The notes under the pieces were generated by a model. That model had not been told where the DNA came from and did not search any database. It saw only the letters and a list, made by a program, of their open reading frames with translations. Source: Laetmonice hystrix (Eukaryota). Taken from it: a stretch of 64,000 nucleotides of DNA. Positions 38,670 to 53,255 of the stretch are shown in pieces. Position numbers and translations under genes: made by a program. The DNA lies in NCBI GenBank assembly GCA_965235115.1, contig OZ249453.1, forward strand, positions 7,998,001 to 8,062,000. Direction: 5' to 3'. Each line of letters starts with the position of its first letter. The first letter of the stretch is position 1.

Positions 38670-40390
38670 AGAGGATGAACACAGCATAGACTAGTTCTTA
38701 GTCATCCTGACTTGTTCTGGTAATATACATAATCTCAAGGCTCTGGTGATAGCCACGCACGGAGGGTTACTCCCTAGTCCCATGAGATTGGGGTAGGGAT
38801 AGGGGTAATTTGGGGGGGTTAAATCGTAGAGTGTTAGTTCCCCCCTCCCCCCGATCAAAAGACCACCATCTGATGATGCATCGACATTATATGACAATGC
38901 ACACTGATCTAATACATGACAGTGCACCAACATCGGTGCAATGTCCAATACAAAGCGAACGCCCTAACAGAGACAACACACCACAGATGTTACACAAGGA
39001 ACCTACAACAAACAAGATTCTGACACCCAATAATTCCCACCCCAAACAACAGCCGATCGTCTCATCAAGACAAAAGCACCACGCAATGCCTCACCAGGGA
39101 CTGGCGAGGGTTACAACAATAGGGGTTACCTTGACCAGGTGTGTCGTCACCCAATGTCACCGCACAGCCCAGCCAGGTAAACAACGTACCTACTCCTTTT
39201 GTTCCCAGCGAGACACTGTCCCACCAAAGTCCCAATCCTTCACGAACAACGTCGACTAAAAACATCGACTCCCGAGTCGGGCCGGCGTGCCGTGTCTGCG
39301 GCTGGGCTGGTCGTATACAGCCTGTTCTAGCCATGTTATATGTGTCGTTACAGCCCAGAAATATCCAAACCATAACTTGTCCCGCCTCTTTCATCGCATA
39401 TCTTCTCCCATTTTAACCACTTTTTTCGTTGCTGCTCCCGGTTGATTTAATGGGCAATAATGTGCACTTTTACAAGCATTTCCTTAGGTTTTTTCGTGGT
39501 TCTTTTACGAGAATTTATGTTGATCGGAGTGGGAGATTCTGGCTCGCGGAGGCGGGGAGGGAAGGGGGGTATTTACAGCCGGGCGCGTTCCCTCAATCTT
39601 TGACTCAGTGTCGGCCACATTCTTGTCCCACGGCAATTTTCACTGCTTGGAAGATTTCACGATCCGTGCGCCGCGCGCCCTCTAGTGGTGACGACGTGAA
39701 TCAGCAGCTGGCTGGTCTGTATCACGCTTCAATCGGTACGGTACTTTACAGTCTGGAGTTTGGGGAGGGGGGGGGGGGGGGGCGGTGCGGCCGGGGGCTG
39801 GGAGGTACGTTTGCCCTAAGGGTTCTTTTACTCTAATGTAGGGCATTTCGAAGTAAATAGAAAAAAATGTGGATGGTCATTGGAGTAACACTAAGTGAGG
39901 TAAATAGTTTCCCCGTGTGGTCGATCACGTATGAGTAACTCGTACTGCCAGTGTCGGAAGTTTTATGTTCTGAAGAATTGTCGCTACTGGGAACGGGATT
40001 AGGATGGAGGTCAGGATGACAGCTTGATCATGAGACATGCGATGGTACACCTGACGACACTAAGATTCGAGTGGGAGGGAGATATACTCCTAACTCCCAT
40101 ATGAACGCCTGGTTGTTGGCCAACATATCACGGATAAGATCCCATCTTATTCCTTAATGTCATCGTTTTCCCATTTATGATTTTTAAATAACAAACGATA
40201 CCGGGTCAAAGACAATTGTCTTTTTCAATTCAATGACGTTAACATTAATTTTTAGTTTTCAGCGGTGGGGGGGGGGGGGGGGTTCTCCTAATAATAATTT
40301 GATGTTCAAGACTGACTTTGCTCGGATTTGGGGTCACACTGTTAGCTGTGTCATGGCAGCTGTGGATAATACCAGACCAAAGTTGGCCAA

Positions 40391-40610
40391 GTCTACCAGA
40401 CCATCTCATAACTCTGTCTTCGTGCGGAGGTCTACCAGACCAACTCATAACTCTGTCTTCGTGTGGAGGTCTACCAGACCAACTCATAACTCTGTCGTCG
40501 TGCGGGAGTCTACCAGACCATCTCATAACTCTGTCTTCGTGCGGAGGTCTACCAGACCATCCCATAACTCTGTCTTCGTGCGGAGGTCTACCAGACCATC
40601 CCATAACTCT
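40391..40610. repeat. Minisatellite, 39-bp unit, ~5.5 copies
   Basis: GTCTACCAGACCA every 39 bp. Confidence 0.95.
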
Positions 40611-43600
40611 ATCTGTCGTGCGGGGCAGACAAAGATACACAGACTTTCCGGATCTAATAATCGCCTACCTAACGTGACGATCAATCAAATTGTAAAATTA
40701 CTACCTTTAACTTGATCAACGATATTTCCTTCACAGCAATCATGAACATGATTGTTAACAATCTACATGGTATGAGACAAATTATATCCACAACATTTCG
40801 ACACGGTTCACCTGTTGCTGAGCCGGAGGGTAGACTGCCTGAGGTCTGTGTGCACTGTACCGTAAACTGACAGTTCGCATGACGAAGGTCATAATCGGAG
40901 GTTGGATTCTACAGACAGTTAAAACGACCATAGCGTCCCTCTAACAAGGCGCTCGCACGACACGGTACCAACAGATTAAAGTTCTTCTTGCCTGAAGATT
41001 AACTCCACATTAGAATGGTAGAAACACATACCGAGGTGTTCTCAGAGGTGTAATCCGTCCGCTAGGCCACCTCCTTAAAATGTGGGTGTAAAAATGATAA
41101 AAGTGTCTTCTCAGACCCAACTCCAACCCTCAAACCAAGTCTCCAGAACTCCCCACAGAATACGTATACGTTGTATACCCCTGACTGGCCTTGCCCTTCA
41201 CGCTCACCCCTACCCCAATATACACGTTGTATAACCCTACCCCTCACACTCACCCTCAACCCCATATTTCGTGTGAACATGTTCCCAATGCGTGCCAAGA
41301 GTTATTTGAAGACCATAGGTCAGCAAGAATCGCGACATATTTCGTAGACTTCACGTCGGCCGCTGTTACCTATAAATGTACACAAACACAAACACACACG
41401 CAGCATGACCGATATATGACCTAATATATACGTGCACTGAATGAAATATTACAGACAGGCTCAAGTATCCATTGTCACACCTGACTACTGGGATGTGTGA
41501 AGATATGAACTCACTCTACTGGACCGAATGGTTCATATAACAAATCTCTACACATGAGTAAGTCAGAATAAAATTTAAGGACCCCCTCCCACCAACTCTA
41601 ATGAGCTGACGTTCTTATTCAAACTTGAGGCCTACTTCCTCCTTCAATAACTAAACTTTCACACAGCTAGACGCTTGACAAAGAGTAAGTGAGGAAGAGT
41701 TTCCCCACCAACAAACGTTAGAGAGTGTTCCGGTAGTAGTGGGACGAACCGATGGATAACTCTATGCAATCATTTCTACCCAGAGCGAATCATTTATTCA
41801 GATTCAAACTTCGATAACTTCAGAAAGAAAATCCGATTTTTATTAATCTCGACAAGCACGTGAGATCAATGTTGATGTGCAAGGCGAAATGAAAACACTC
41901 TTTCTACATTTTCTCAAACATAATACTCAATATTTTCTTGTGACATTTTATTTCCTTCATGGGGCCCTATATCAAATCTTTGCACGAAGTGTTGACACAG
42001 AAAAATTCAAAAGAGCTCTTGTAACGAGAAGGAATCTTTTGTAATCCTCTTACAAGTATTGCCTCCCGCTTTTCTTTGTGATTATAGAATCAATTGTGTC
42101 GCTGTGAATAGGTTCTGAAGACGGCTCCGTGTTAAAACTACCCAGACCTGCCCGATTCCCAAACCTTGTGCTGCCACCTAGTGAACAAACCCCAAACTAC
42201 ACTAGGTTACATTATCAATTCTCCCAGTAGGGGAGTCAGCGAAGACTGATGATACAGTAATATGAAAACTTCGCTTCCGTGATTCTGTTCAAGAATAGTT
42301 TTCCTAAAGCTTCCTCATGGGGCCACAAAAAGAAGATGATATCATTACCACCCTATTCAAAATAAATTTCTTTTTAAGCTTTTTCGAATGATTTCCTGAC
42401 TTCACGAAAGTAACTCCTCGTTTATTGCTGCACATACTTGCATAATTTATCCTTTTTACGATTTCTAATCCATTATTGTGATAACTTGCCATTGGTCACA
42501 AATCTATTTGATGATAAACCGACAAAACTACTAAATAATGAACACTGGCAATCCTTCCCCCACACACAATACCTCCAACATGTCTCATGGAAAGTAGTTA
42601 TTTGTTCGGCTATCTTTAACCTGATGTTGTCAGAGTTTCGCGGAGAAATTTTCCCCTGGTCAGTCGTTAGGTTGTCGGCGATGATGCTACTAGAATTATT
42701 ATTTTATAAGACGTCTAGCTGACTTCCGGTTTTAACGAGGCTCGGCGTTCCACAGTTTCTCATCACGTTGTCGCCTTTCCCGACATTGAAAACTCAAAAT
42801 GTTTTGGTGTCATTATAACATTTCGTAATTAGTTGTCTCCATTATGAAACTACCAACTTTTTGTCAGCCATATTGTCATTAGATCTCGCCGAATCGAGTC
42901 GTGTTGGCGTCGGATTGGTGTTTATAAATAACCGGTGAGATCCTGATGCCGCACAGTACTGGTACTCGCCACCAGGGGGTGCTATCAACAATCGCCAATT
43001 ACCCACAATGCCTGACACTCGTCAGGCGGTCGTTGTGTGATGACAACTCGCCATTCATCACTCACTGTCAGACGTCAGAGTGGTAAAACATTCAGTCTGC
43101 ACGGTTTGATCCACTGTCGACTGGTATTAATGTTAATTTCGGAGAGCAACAATGCCTGATCATGTTAGGACCATTGCAAATTCCTCTGTTACAAATGGAA
43201 TATCGCTAAAATGATTGGGGGGGGGGGGGGTAGAGGTTTAAATTATCGTGAAGCGCATTATAAAAAGTTTTTCCTGGGGAATGCTAGGGGGGTGTTTTCT
43301 TTTCAACACTAACATGTTGTGACAGTGTTGCATGTGTTGATCAGTGTAATGGCCTCGTGCCATGTTGTTGGTCTCTCAGTGTGGTGACTTCATTAGGGCA
43401 GGTACCAGTCATCATGAGTCACCCCCCCCCCCCCCACCCCCAACTCGGTACCTCCTGCCTGCCCGCCTGCCCGGCGCCTGCCGGCCTGCCCGCCTGCCCG
43501 CCTGCCCGCCTGCCCGCCAGTCCGGAGGCGCCTTCAGTTCCCGCGTCCTGCCTGTCACTATACCTCTCCCCCGTTGCAAGGTTCCCACGAAGTTCATTGG

Positions 43601-44187
43601 TAAGAACTGAAAGTATGCTTTAATACGCCCTCTCTCTAAATTTTCTTCTTTGGATCTCCCCTCTCCCCCTCCCCCAGGTTACAAAAATTCTGGAACGGCC
43701 GTCAATATAGAGGGTCCTCGAATATTCGGACCTCAACCAAGCTTGGTGTAACTCTCTATCTCACTGCTCACCTTCTTACTCCGACCCGAGTCCAATCGGA
43801 GACTGTGGCCATGCACTCCCCGCCCTACCCCTGCCCTACCTCCGCCCTACCTCCGCCCTACCCCCGCCCTACCCCCAGCTCCCATCCTCCCCAAACGTTT
43901 AGCAGTCAGTTCCCGATCTGAGGTCTTCCAGCAACTTCAGTATTAATGTTCAGTTTTGACCACCGGTCAATAACCACACGGCCTCTTGATCTCCGCGCTG
44001 ACCATCAGACTGACCGGTGGTCGGTCAGTGGCTCCCCCTATCGGGTCAGCGGGTAGTAGGGGGCGGGTTATTCCGCCACATCGCACGAAATATGGAGGAC
44101 GGTTTAGGGTTAGGGGCAGGTGTTTGGGTAGGTCTGCGAAGTCGAAGATGGCGCCAGGGTTAGGGGCTGGGATATGAATAACAGTGA

Positions 44188-44975
44188 ACGGTCAGGGATC
44201 TGCCACGGTCAGGGATCTGCCGGTAGAACGATCAGGGATCTGCCAGTAGAACGGTCAGAGATCTGCCACGGTCAGGGATCTGCCAGTAGAACGGTCAGAG
44301 ATCTGCCACGGTCAGGGATCTGCCAGTAGAACGGTCAGGGATCTGCCGGTAGAACGATCAGGGATCTGCCAGTAGAACGGTCAGGGATCTGCCAGTAGAA
44401 CGGTCAGGGATCTGCCAGTAGAACGGTCAGAGATCTGCCAGTAGAACGGTCAGAGATCTGCCAGTAGAACGGTCAGGGATCTGCCAGTAGAACGGTCAGG
44501 GATCTGCCAGTAGAACGGTCAGGGATCTGCCGGTAGAACGGTCAGGGATCTGCCGGTAGAACGATCGGGGACCTGCCACGGTCAGGGATCTGCCAGTAGA
44601 ACGGTCAGAGATCTGCCACGGTCAGGGATCTGCCAGTAGAACGGTCAGGGATCTGCCAGTAGAACGGTCAGGGATCTGCCAGTAGAACGGTCAGGGACCT
44701 GCCACGGTCAGGGATCTGCCAGTAAAACGGTCAAGGATCTGCCAGTAGAACGGTCAGAGATCTGCCAGTAGAACGGTCAGAGACCTGCCGGTAGAACGGT
44801 CAGGGATCTGCCAGTAGAACGGTCAGGGATCTGCCAGTAGAACGGTCAGGGATCTGCCAGTACAACGGTCCGGGACCTGCCAGTACAACGGTCAGGGATC
44901 TGCCAGTAGAACGGTCAAAGACCTGCCAGTAGAAATCTGCCGGTAGAACGGTCAGAGATCTGCCAGTAGAACGGT
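44188..44975. repeat. Minisatellite of 23-bp (ACGGTCAGGGATCTGCCAGTAGA) and interspersed 17-bp units, ~36 units
   Basis: Direct inspection. Confidence 0.97.
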
Positions 44976-46767
44976 AGCCGGGGACAGAAGACGTGTACAG
45001 CTCAATGTACCCCTCATTCCGGTCTGAACCCGACACAGGAGGTTGAACAGTCCATCCTCAGATTGGATATTTTACTAACTTTATCAGTCCCAGACACTTC
45101 AATCACTGACCAAATCAAGTCACATCTCGGGGAGAATGTTCTCCGCCTCACACAGATTGACATTATATCATCCATTGGGAGGCTAAGTTCTTTTTCTTTT
45201 TGACTTTAACAAATGGTGTCCCTATCGTGTCATATTTGGAGACACTCCTCTTTTATACATCAAATTGATATAATCGGGACTGATTCCTACACAGCACGAG
45301 TCAGAACATAAATAACGGTTTTTACCGTTTACTGGTTTGTGCAACCTTCAGTTGTAATACTCGGGTCTTTGACAATGTTCACGCAAATTTCTTTTGTCTG
45401 ATGGGGCACAAACATATATGACAATTCCTGGTAACTGCAGAAACTATACCCATTTTTTTTGGTTATAAAATCGTTCTTTCCCAGACACTCAGGACCTATA
45501 CGATCACTGAAGTTTAGTTCCAGGCTGTTCCAACTTCTCACTTTATTCTGCCGTGGAGTAGGATGGAGAAGAGGCGGGGGGGGGGGGCATGCCCCCTGGG
45601 AAATTGCAAGGGATTGAATTCAGGCGTTGGCTGTAAACAGGTCAGTTATACACTCAAAGTTCCGACAGAAACATTCTTAGCAACGCCCACGTCCACCAAC
45701 TCCAGACTACACATCATCTATCAATGTTCACACTTCTTTCAGTCGTGTCATTTCCGCCCGAAAAGTCTCGCGAAATAAAGCCCTTACATTTCCCTCAAAC
45801 CAAGAGACCCTTGGTATGGGGCCAGCAGCAATTTGCTGAAAGGCGAGCCGTGAAATTGCAGCAAAATATTGGGTTCAAGTAGAAAAGACATGTTGCGGGT
45901 CGGTTGCCCTGGGCAACGGTGCTTGTTGTCCGTAGTGACGGTAGTCATGGGAAGCGTTGAGTGGGCGCGCCTGGCGGCCCGCGGGTGGTTCATTTTAATC
46001 AGCTGGGTCACTTTAACAACGTCTCCTTTCCAAGTAATCAGGGCTGATTGGATTAAACCCAACCAATTCAAGCCGGTCACGCCACCAGTATGGCGTGCTC
46101 TAGTGTGTCTCCGCTCCCCGGCCTCAAACCAGGCCCCTTACGATCACAAATAACAAGACACTGGTGGCGTCGCCCGTCTAATCTGGTTACGTGTGTTTTA
46201 GGTTACCACGTGACACACAACAATGGGAAGTCGTTTACAGGTCACACTCAGCCGCGTTCACACTACGTCATCAGTGGGCGCACGCAGTTAATGCCCACGT
46301 CACAATCAAACGAAGACCATGAAGACCTCACTGCGTACTGAAAATTTCGATGAACGCAGCGGGGACGTGGTCAATATGGAACAAATGTGCAGTATTCAAG
46401 TTCATACTACGTCCATACTACGTCCCTGCCAGTTTTTACAGTGTCTAATTTTGAGATTCCATCAGCAATCGATAGAAAAACATCTATATTTTCATGTTCT
46501 GTGGTCAGAAATTCCCTAAACCCTCAGAAAAATAGTTTAATTAGCCATTTGTTGAAGGTTCATTTAAAAAAAAAATTAATTAATTTTAATGGTTTTTTTT
46601 TGTCATGGAAACAAATGGCTATAACTTGAGGTATATTCAACGTAGAAACACAATTTTTACACCATGGTTTTGTGGTGTAGGATCATAAATAATACTTGAT
46701 CCCTAATAATGATATCACCAAGATTCGGTGTGTGTGTGTGGTGTGTGTGTGGTGTGTGTAAACTTAC

Positions 46768-46842
46768 CTCTCCGTTACTGCTGCAAACTTTGATCCCTGA
46801 TAATGATATGACCAGGAGAACCGGCTTACTTCGTCTCACCTC
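46768..46842 (-). CDS. SH2D5: SH2D5-like PTB exon 2 (EVRRSKPVLLVISLSGIKVCSSNGE)
   Basis: tcttgcag| ... |gtaagt, 75 nt, phase 0/0. V-x-L-x-I-S-x-x-G-I-K-V is a canonical PTB motif. Confidence 0.88.
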
Positions 46843-48620
46843 CTGCAAGAAAACAAATGACGACCTTACTCTCGGCTCTACCGTGTTACGTATGTACATG
46901 ACATCCAAAACACAACATCTGAATCAGCAGCGACTGAAATTAACAGTTTATTGTTAGTGTGTCTGAACGACATGTCCAGAGAAATGCTAAGACTGTCAAG
47001 ATGAATCTGATATAGATGTAAAACGACTGAGGCAGGAGATCCCGGATCATCGTCATCCCTGCCAGAGCTACGACACTGGGGTCCGGTGGTGAATTGGTAA
47101 TAGAACTCCCCCCAATACTCCACCCCAACCCCCCACCTTTTCTCTATGTAATGGAAGAGCACTTGAACTCGAATTACACCCTCGATAACGTCGTCAACAT
47201 GCCAATGGTATTCGTTCTGGCAGCTTGTCAATAACTGCTTGCTTATCGTTGGTCATCAGACAGTTACTGTTACCGTACTCCCAGACCGGTCATTGCTTCC
47301 TTCAGCTCATATCAGGTGAAGATATGACGCCAACCGCTTCCCATAATGAGAGCAGACAACTGGGAATGTTTGATGACAATAGGAGATACTATATAAGTAA
47401 CGTACCATTCCTCAATTGATCCTACAATGGGGTAATTAATATACATTGCTAAATGGATTTCAACGCTGCCTTTACATGAAGTACGAGCGCCATTGTCGAG
47501 GACGTATACTGAAGGAGGTGCCGTTCTCTTGCGAGTACAACCTCTCCCATATTCGCGTCTTTCATCTAACTTAATTAGACATCTTTGCCTTCTACTGCAT
47601 CGATTTCAAAATCGATACTCTACAGGTTTCCAAGACTATGTTGGTAATGACACATTCTGATATCTATCTGTCATGGTAAAAACAATTTTGATAAATTACA
47701 TTAAACTGTAGGCAACTCTTTACAATTGTCGCGAGTTGATCATATTGCCCAACTCTAACGCCTAAGGCCACTCTATCCCCGAGCACCAATTACGTTAGAT
47801 AATTACATTCAATACTCTGATAAATATACATTTTGAATAATACGATAAACTTTCCTCCAAATATTAACGAAATATTTGCACAATCTCCCGAATGGTGATG
47901 TGTTTAAGCGGAGCCGACCAGTGGGAGGGACAGGTAATTCTATCTTACAGACCAGGTGGTGGTGGTCCCGGCCGGTGGGCTCCCACGGGCCCTCCACCGA
48001 CTAACGACATCACCGCCATCTAGCGGGCCCCACAGCCCACAACAAATTCTATCAGACACTGTACAGGATATCATTTTCAGCCAGCCTTCCGCCAACACTG
48101 ATTCCATTACCCCATCCTGTCCCCGGAATCCGTTACCTTGGAAACCACCAATCTAGAGGGGATCCCCCTTCCTGCCCTCCACATTCAGGAGAGTGGGAAT
48201 GGAGCAGAGAGGAGGTGTATTATATAACCCGCCATGACTTCAGCCAGACAACCTACACCTGATCCTAATCTACATTTAGACCGGATTTCCTGCGAGATTT
48301 TCATTGCCGTTCCCAGTTGTTCAACTTTCGGGTCAGCACAAAATATGTCTAAACTCAAACACTCTCCGCTTCAGTGGAACTGTTCATCACTGATAAAAGT
48401 TTAGAATATTGATAAACTAATGGAATTTTTACCAATTCTGAAATAAAATCCTTCTAAGACGTGGGACGTAAGACTGGACAGTTCGACCCAAACCAAAACC
48501 AGCTATTTAATGTGTGCCCTTGAAAGGAATGGAAATGTCTAATTTGTCATTTAACGATGGACGCCAACATCAAAGTTCAATGTGTAGTTTTTGTCTCGGT
48601 GTTTCTGCAGCTATCACATG

Positions 48621-50390
48621 AGTTCTGGAGTGATTAGTTACTGGAGAAGGTGTCACAGTTCTGGAGTGATTAGTTACTGGAGAAGGTGTCACAGTTCTGG
48701 AGTGATTAGTTACTGGAGAAGGTGTCACAGTTCTGGAGTGATTAGTTACTGGAGAAGGTGTCACAGTTCTGGAGTGATTAGTTACTGGAGAAGGTGTCAC
48801 AGTTCTGGAGTGATTAGTTACTGGAGGAGATGTCACAGTTCTGGAGTGATTAGTTACTGGAGAAGGTGTCACAGTTCTGGAGTGATTAGTTACTGGAGAA
48901 GGTGTCACAGTTCTGGAGTGATTAGTTACTGGAGAAGGTGTCACAGTTCTGGAGTGATTAGTTACTGGAGAAGGTGTCACAGTTCTGGAGTGAGTAGTTA
49001 CTGAAGAAGGTGTCACAGTTCTGGAGTGATTAGTTATTGAAGAAGGTGTCACAGTTCTGGAGTGATTAGTTACTGGAGGAGGTGTCACAGTTCTGGAGTG
49101 ATTAGTTACTGGAGGAGGTGTCACAGTTCTGGAGTGATTAGTTACTGGAGAAGGTGTCACAGTTCTGGAGTGATTAGTTACTGGAGAAGGTGTCACAGTT
49201 CTGGAGTGATTAGTTACTGGAGAAGGTGTCACAGTTCTGGAGTGATTAGTTACTGGAGAAGGTGTCACAGTTCTGGAGTGATTAGTTACTGGAGAAGGTG
49301 TCACAGTTCTGGAGTGATTAGTTACTGGAGGAGGTGTCACAGTTCGCGAGTGATTAGTTACTGGATAAGGTGTCACAGTTCGCGAGTGATTAGTTACTGG
49401 AGGAGGTGTCACAGTTCTGGAGTGATTAGTTACTGGAGAAGGTGTCACAGTTCTGGAGTGATTAGTTACTGAAGGAGGTGTCACAGTTCTGGAGTGATTA
49501 GTTACTGGAGGAGGTGTCACAGTTCTGGAGTGATTAGTTACTGGAGAAGGTGTCACAGTTCTGGAGTGATTAGTTACTGGAGGAGGTGTCACAGTTCTGG
49601 AGTGATTAGTTACTGGAGGTGTCACAGTTCTGGAGTGATTAGTTACTGGAGGAGATGTCACAGTTCTGGAGTGATTAGTTACTGGAGAAGGTGTCACAGT
49701 TCTGGAGTGATTAGTTACTGGAGGAGGTGTTACAGTTCTTGAGTGATTAGTTACTGGAGAAGGTTCACAGTTCTGGAGTGATTAGTTACTGGAGAAGGTG
49801 TCACAGTTCTGGAGTGATTAGTTACTGGAGAAGGTGTCACAGTTCTGGAGTGATTAGTTACTGGAGAAGGTGTCACAGTTCTGGAGTGATCAGTTACTGG
49901 AGAAGGTGTCACAGTCCTGGAGTGATTAGTTACTGGAGGAGGTGTCACAGTTCTGGAGTGATTAGTTACTGGAGAAGGTGTCACAGTTCCGGAGTGATTA
50001 GTTACTGGAGAAGGTGTCACAGTCCTGGAGTGATTAGTTACTGGAGAAGGTGTCACAGTCCTGGAGTGATTAGTTACTGGAGAAGGTGTCACAGTCCTGG
50101 AGTGATTAGTTACTGGAGAAGGTGTCACAGTCCTGGAGTGATTAGTTACTGGAGAAGGTGTCACAGTCCTGGAGTGATTAGTTACTGGAGAAGGTGTCAC
50201 AGTCCTGGAGTGATTAGTTACTGGAGAAGGTGTCACAGTCCTGGAGTGATTAGTTACTGGAGAAGGTGTCACAGTCCTGGAGTGATTAGCTACTGGAGAA
50301 GGTGTCACAGTCCTGGAGTGATTAGTTACTGGAGAAGGTGTCACAGTTCTGGAGTGATTAGTTACTGGAGAAGATGTCACAGTTCTGGAG
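48621..50390. repeat. Minisatellite, 36-bp unit AGTTCTGGAGTGATTAGTTACTGGAGAAGGTGTCAC, ~49 copies
   Basis: Direct inspection. Source of ORFs 48570-50494. Confidence 0.98.
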
Positions 50391-51771
50391 CGGGATTCCA
50401 ACACCGCTACTCCCGTCTTCAGCGTCTTTCATGTCCAGATGGCTTTGACAAAAAACTATCCTGCCCTTGGCAGTTCACAGTCGTGGTTGATTAGTGGACA
50501 GACAGAAAACACTGAATGTCACCAGGTCAAGAAATTATTTCTGTTTTATTAATGGGGCTACGGGACGAAAGACAATAATAAGACAGATACAAGAGTCCAA
50601 ACGGAAAGAATAGAAAAACGGACAAGAATGAAGAAAATCTCGGACATAATAACTTTTTACATAATCTAAAGATACATGGAATCTTTAATCCTCTTCAGCC
50701 ACTCAAAGTCACAATTTACATACTTAAAAAAATCTCCTCTAGCTTTCCCCGACCTAATAACTTAATTACTTTGGAATCTACCTCCCTCTAAGAGGGTGAT
50801 TAAAATTCTAAGATTCTTCAAAGTGGGATCTTTTTCTGTCCGTCTACAGCAATATCTTGAAGTCCCCCTCCTCTTCAGTTGCTGTGTCTCAGAGCGACCT
50901 TGGGCATCCTTTGAAGGTTGTGAGATCTCTGCCGTAGCCTGGCAGTGTGAGGGTTGGGGGAGGTGGGGGTGGGGGGGGGGGGTGGGGGGGTCGCACGCCA
51001 TCCTTGGGTGAGGTGACAAATGTATCCGGCACGGAACGCCTTCCACTCATAATGTACAGGGTGGCACAAAACTCTCGTCCCAATTTCCACTGCGTCTTTG
51101 AGCACATCTTTGCCCGAATTAAGCTTCTTGCACTGGATGTAGGATATCTTCTATGACCTTCTCATGACCTTTCGATAATTCTGAGTCCTGTTTTCAAGAC
51201 CGGTCAGATAATAAATAGATAGGGGCGGAAACATGGTTTCTTATACAGATTCAGAATTTGTAATCACACTGTAAGAATCCTGATCTTTCTGTTGACGCTC
51301 AAACCTTACCCCTTGATGTCTTTCAAGTACGAATCTCCCGACCTGCTCAGTGCGGTGTTATTTGGCCTAGACGGCATTACAAGGGGGCGCGAACAGGCAG
51401 AGTCTGTGAAAACAGATATTGTGTGGGTTACGGCCGCCCACGGCTTCCCGGCTGGCTGGTACCTACGGTCAGTCTCAGAGATCTCTGTTTATCTTCCAAA
51501 TGTCCTCAAAATGTTTATAATAACACAATTAAGCGATATGCACACTTTCACAGCAATTCGCAACATTTTGAAATTGCTCATGGTTATGCAAAACAAAAAA
51601 GTAGGTATTTTGAAGTAAAAGTAGAAAAAAATTGGACGGAAACCAAAACAGTAGGAAAAAGGTAGGAAAAGTAGGATCACTGGACAGTCTGAGAACCCTA
51701 GTCGGGTGAATTTAACAATCTTGACCATTGCACCCCTTGAGGGTGAGAGAATACGGGGTGACAGAACTTAC

Positions 51772-51852
51772 CCTCATCTCAGCCAGTTGTTTCCGGACAT
51801 AGTCGGCACGGGAATTCTGATCCTCTCCGACCACTGAGAACGACCCAATGTA
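51772..51852 (-). CDS. SH2D5: SH2D5-like PTB adaptor, PTB exon 1 (YIGSFSVVGEDQNSRADYVRKQLAEMR)
   Basis: Acceptor tttcag| and donor |gtaagt, 81 nt, phase 0/0. Matches the PTB beta1 Y-x-G-S-F motif (human SH2D5 recalled as YVGSFPV...QQL). Symbol is a family-level recognition from memory, not a search result. Confidence 0.85.
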
Positions 51853-51858
51853 CTGAAA

Positions 51859-51932
51859 CGGCATGAAAACAACACTATAGCAAACTGTCATATAACGGCA
51901 TGAAAACAACACTATATAGCAAACTGTCATAT
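51859..51932. repeat. Tandem duplication (~37-39 bp x2) of the pyrimidine tract upstream of the exon 51852 acceptor
   Basis: CGGCATGAAAACAACACTAT(AT)AGCAAACTGTCATAT occurs twice. Confidence 0.85.
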
Positions 51933-53255
51933 TATATATAACAGGTAAATATAGGGGCTAGCTACAGATAGCTAAGTCAGCCATTGGTTGGTCAGATCCA
52001 AGTGTTCGCAATCCCTGCTGACTCGGATTGGCTGGCCTGATCAGCCAATCAGAAGCGTTAAGCGTCAACTTCAGCAGGAAGTTAAGTTTTGGAAACCCCG
52101 CAGTAAGATGTAAATATGCATTGAGATCCATGGCAAAATTATGTTGAAATTAAAACCTCGCCACCCGTCCATACTCAGCCCTAATCACAGATCGTCACTG
52201 TCAGACTGATTATTTCTCCACGATTACTAGCTGTTCATGAAGTTGAACTATCCTGAACCTTGGTTTAGTTAATATTGAACGAGGTAATCGATGATTTAAC
52301 GAGCCATAAAATTGCTAACACAAAGCAGACTCCATGCTACTTCAATCGGGCGGGTAATAGGGTGTAAACAGCGGCACAACCATTGCGTGTTTCAAATCAA
52401 CATGAAATTCACATTTGAGATCACTAACATGTGTTTGTATTTTATTTCGACCTAAATACCAATGGACTGGGCACATAAAGTGAGATGTTTGAAGTATTTG
52501 AAGGCGTTTCTCCCATAGACGACAGGTCTGAAATGTTTATGTATACAAGTCGGCACGAGAGATTCAACAGGCATCGGAAAATATGTCGTCATGGTGATCT
52601 GCATCATGTCACCATGGCAACCAAACACACAGGGTCGTGGGGTCAATATCTGGAGAAGGAACTAATAACTTGAGTTTAAACAACTCTTGGTGTATGTAAA
52701 TATAGACATACACAAATGATGATATACTTCAACATGCTCATAAGTCACATATTTTATCAACAGAAGAGAAATATTCACAGCATGCTCTGCCTGCCTTAGT
52801 TCCCCATCACTCCTCCCATGTAAATCATCTAAGTTTTTTTTTCTAAAATCACCTCATATTCATTTTTTTAATAAGTTATGTTTTCCGAGGTTCAAGAGAG
52901 CATTGCGGATTTATCATTTAACATTGTTGAAAATATCGCATGAATCGAAAACCTTATGTCGGTGACTGTCAATGGCTGTGTTTGGTTTCAAAGACGGGGT
53001 CAATTTCTTTAGAATTCTTGCTCGCTTTTCCCACTCTGACATCCATCATTTTAGTACACCGGTCTCTGATCTACCCCGCTGAAAGGTCACATACAGAAAA
53101 ACTAAAATGTCACCAGCAAGGGGTTAGACCCCCCCCCCCATATCCCGACCTTCTAACATAAAGAATGTTGATTTAGGCCTACACAACAAATCTTCATTAT
53201 AGAGCACTGATGAAGAAGTTGACTTTGCAGACATGACCAAGAGTGGAGCATCCAG

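Noticed and set aside
44100-44170. TTAGGG-like hexamers suggesting interstitial telomere
   Set aside because: Only 2-3 scattered, imperfect copies. Similar G-rich TAGGG tracts occur in other repeat fragments here (9245-9290, 38790-38820).
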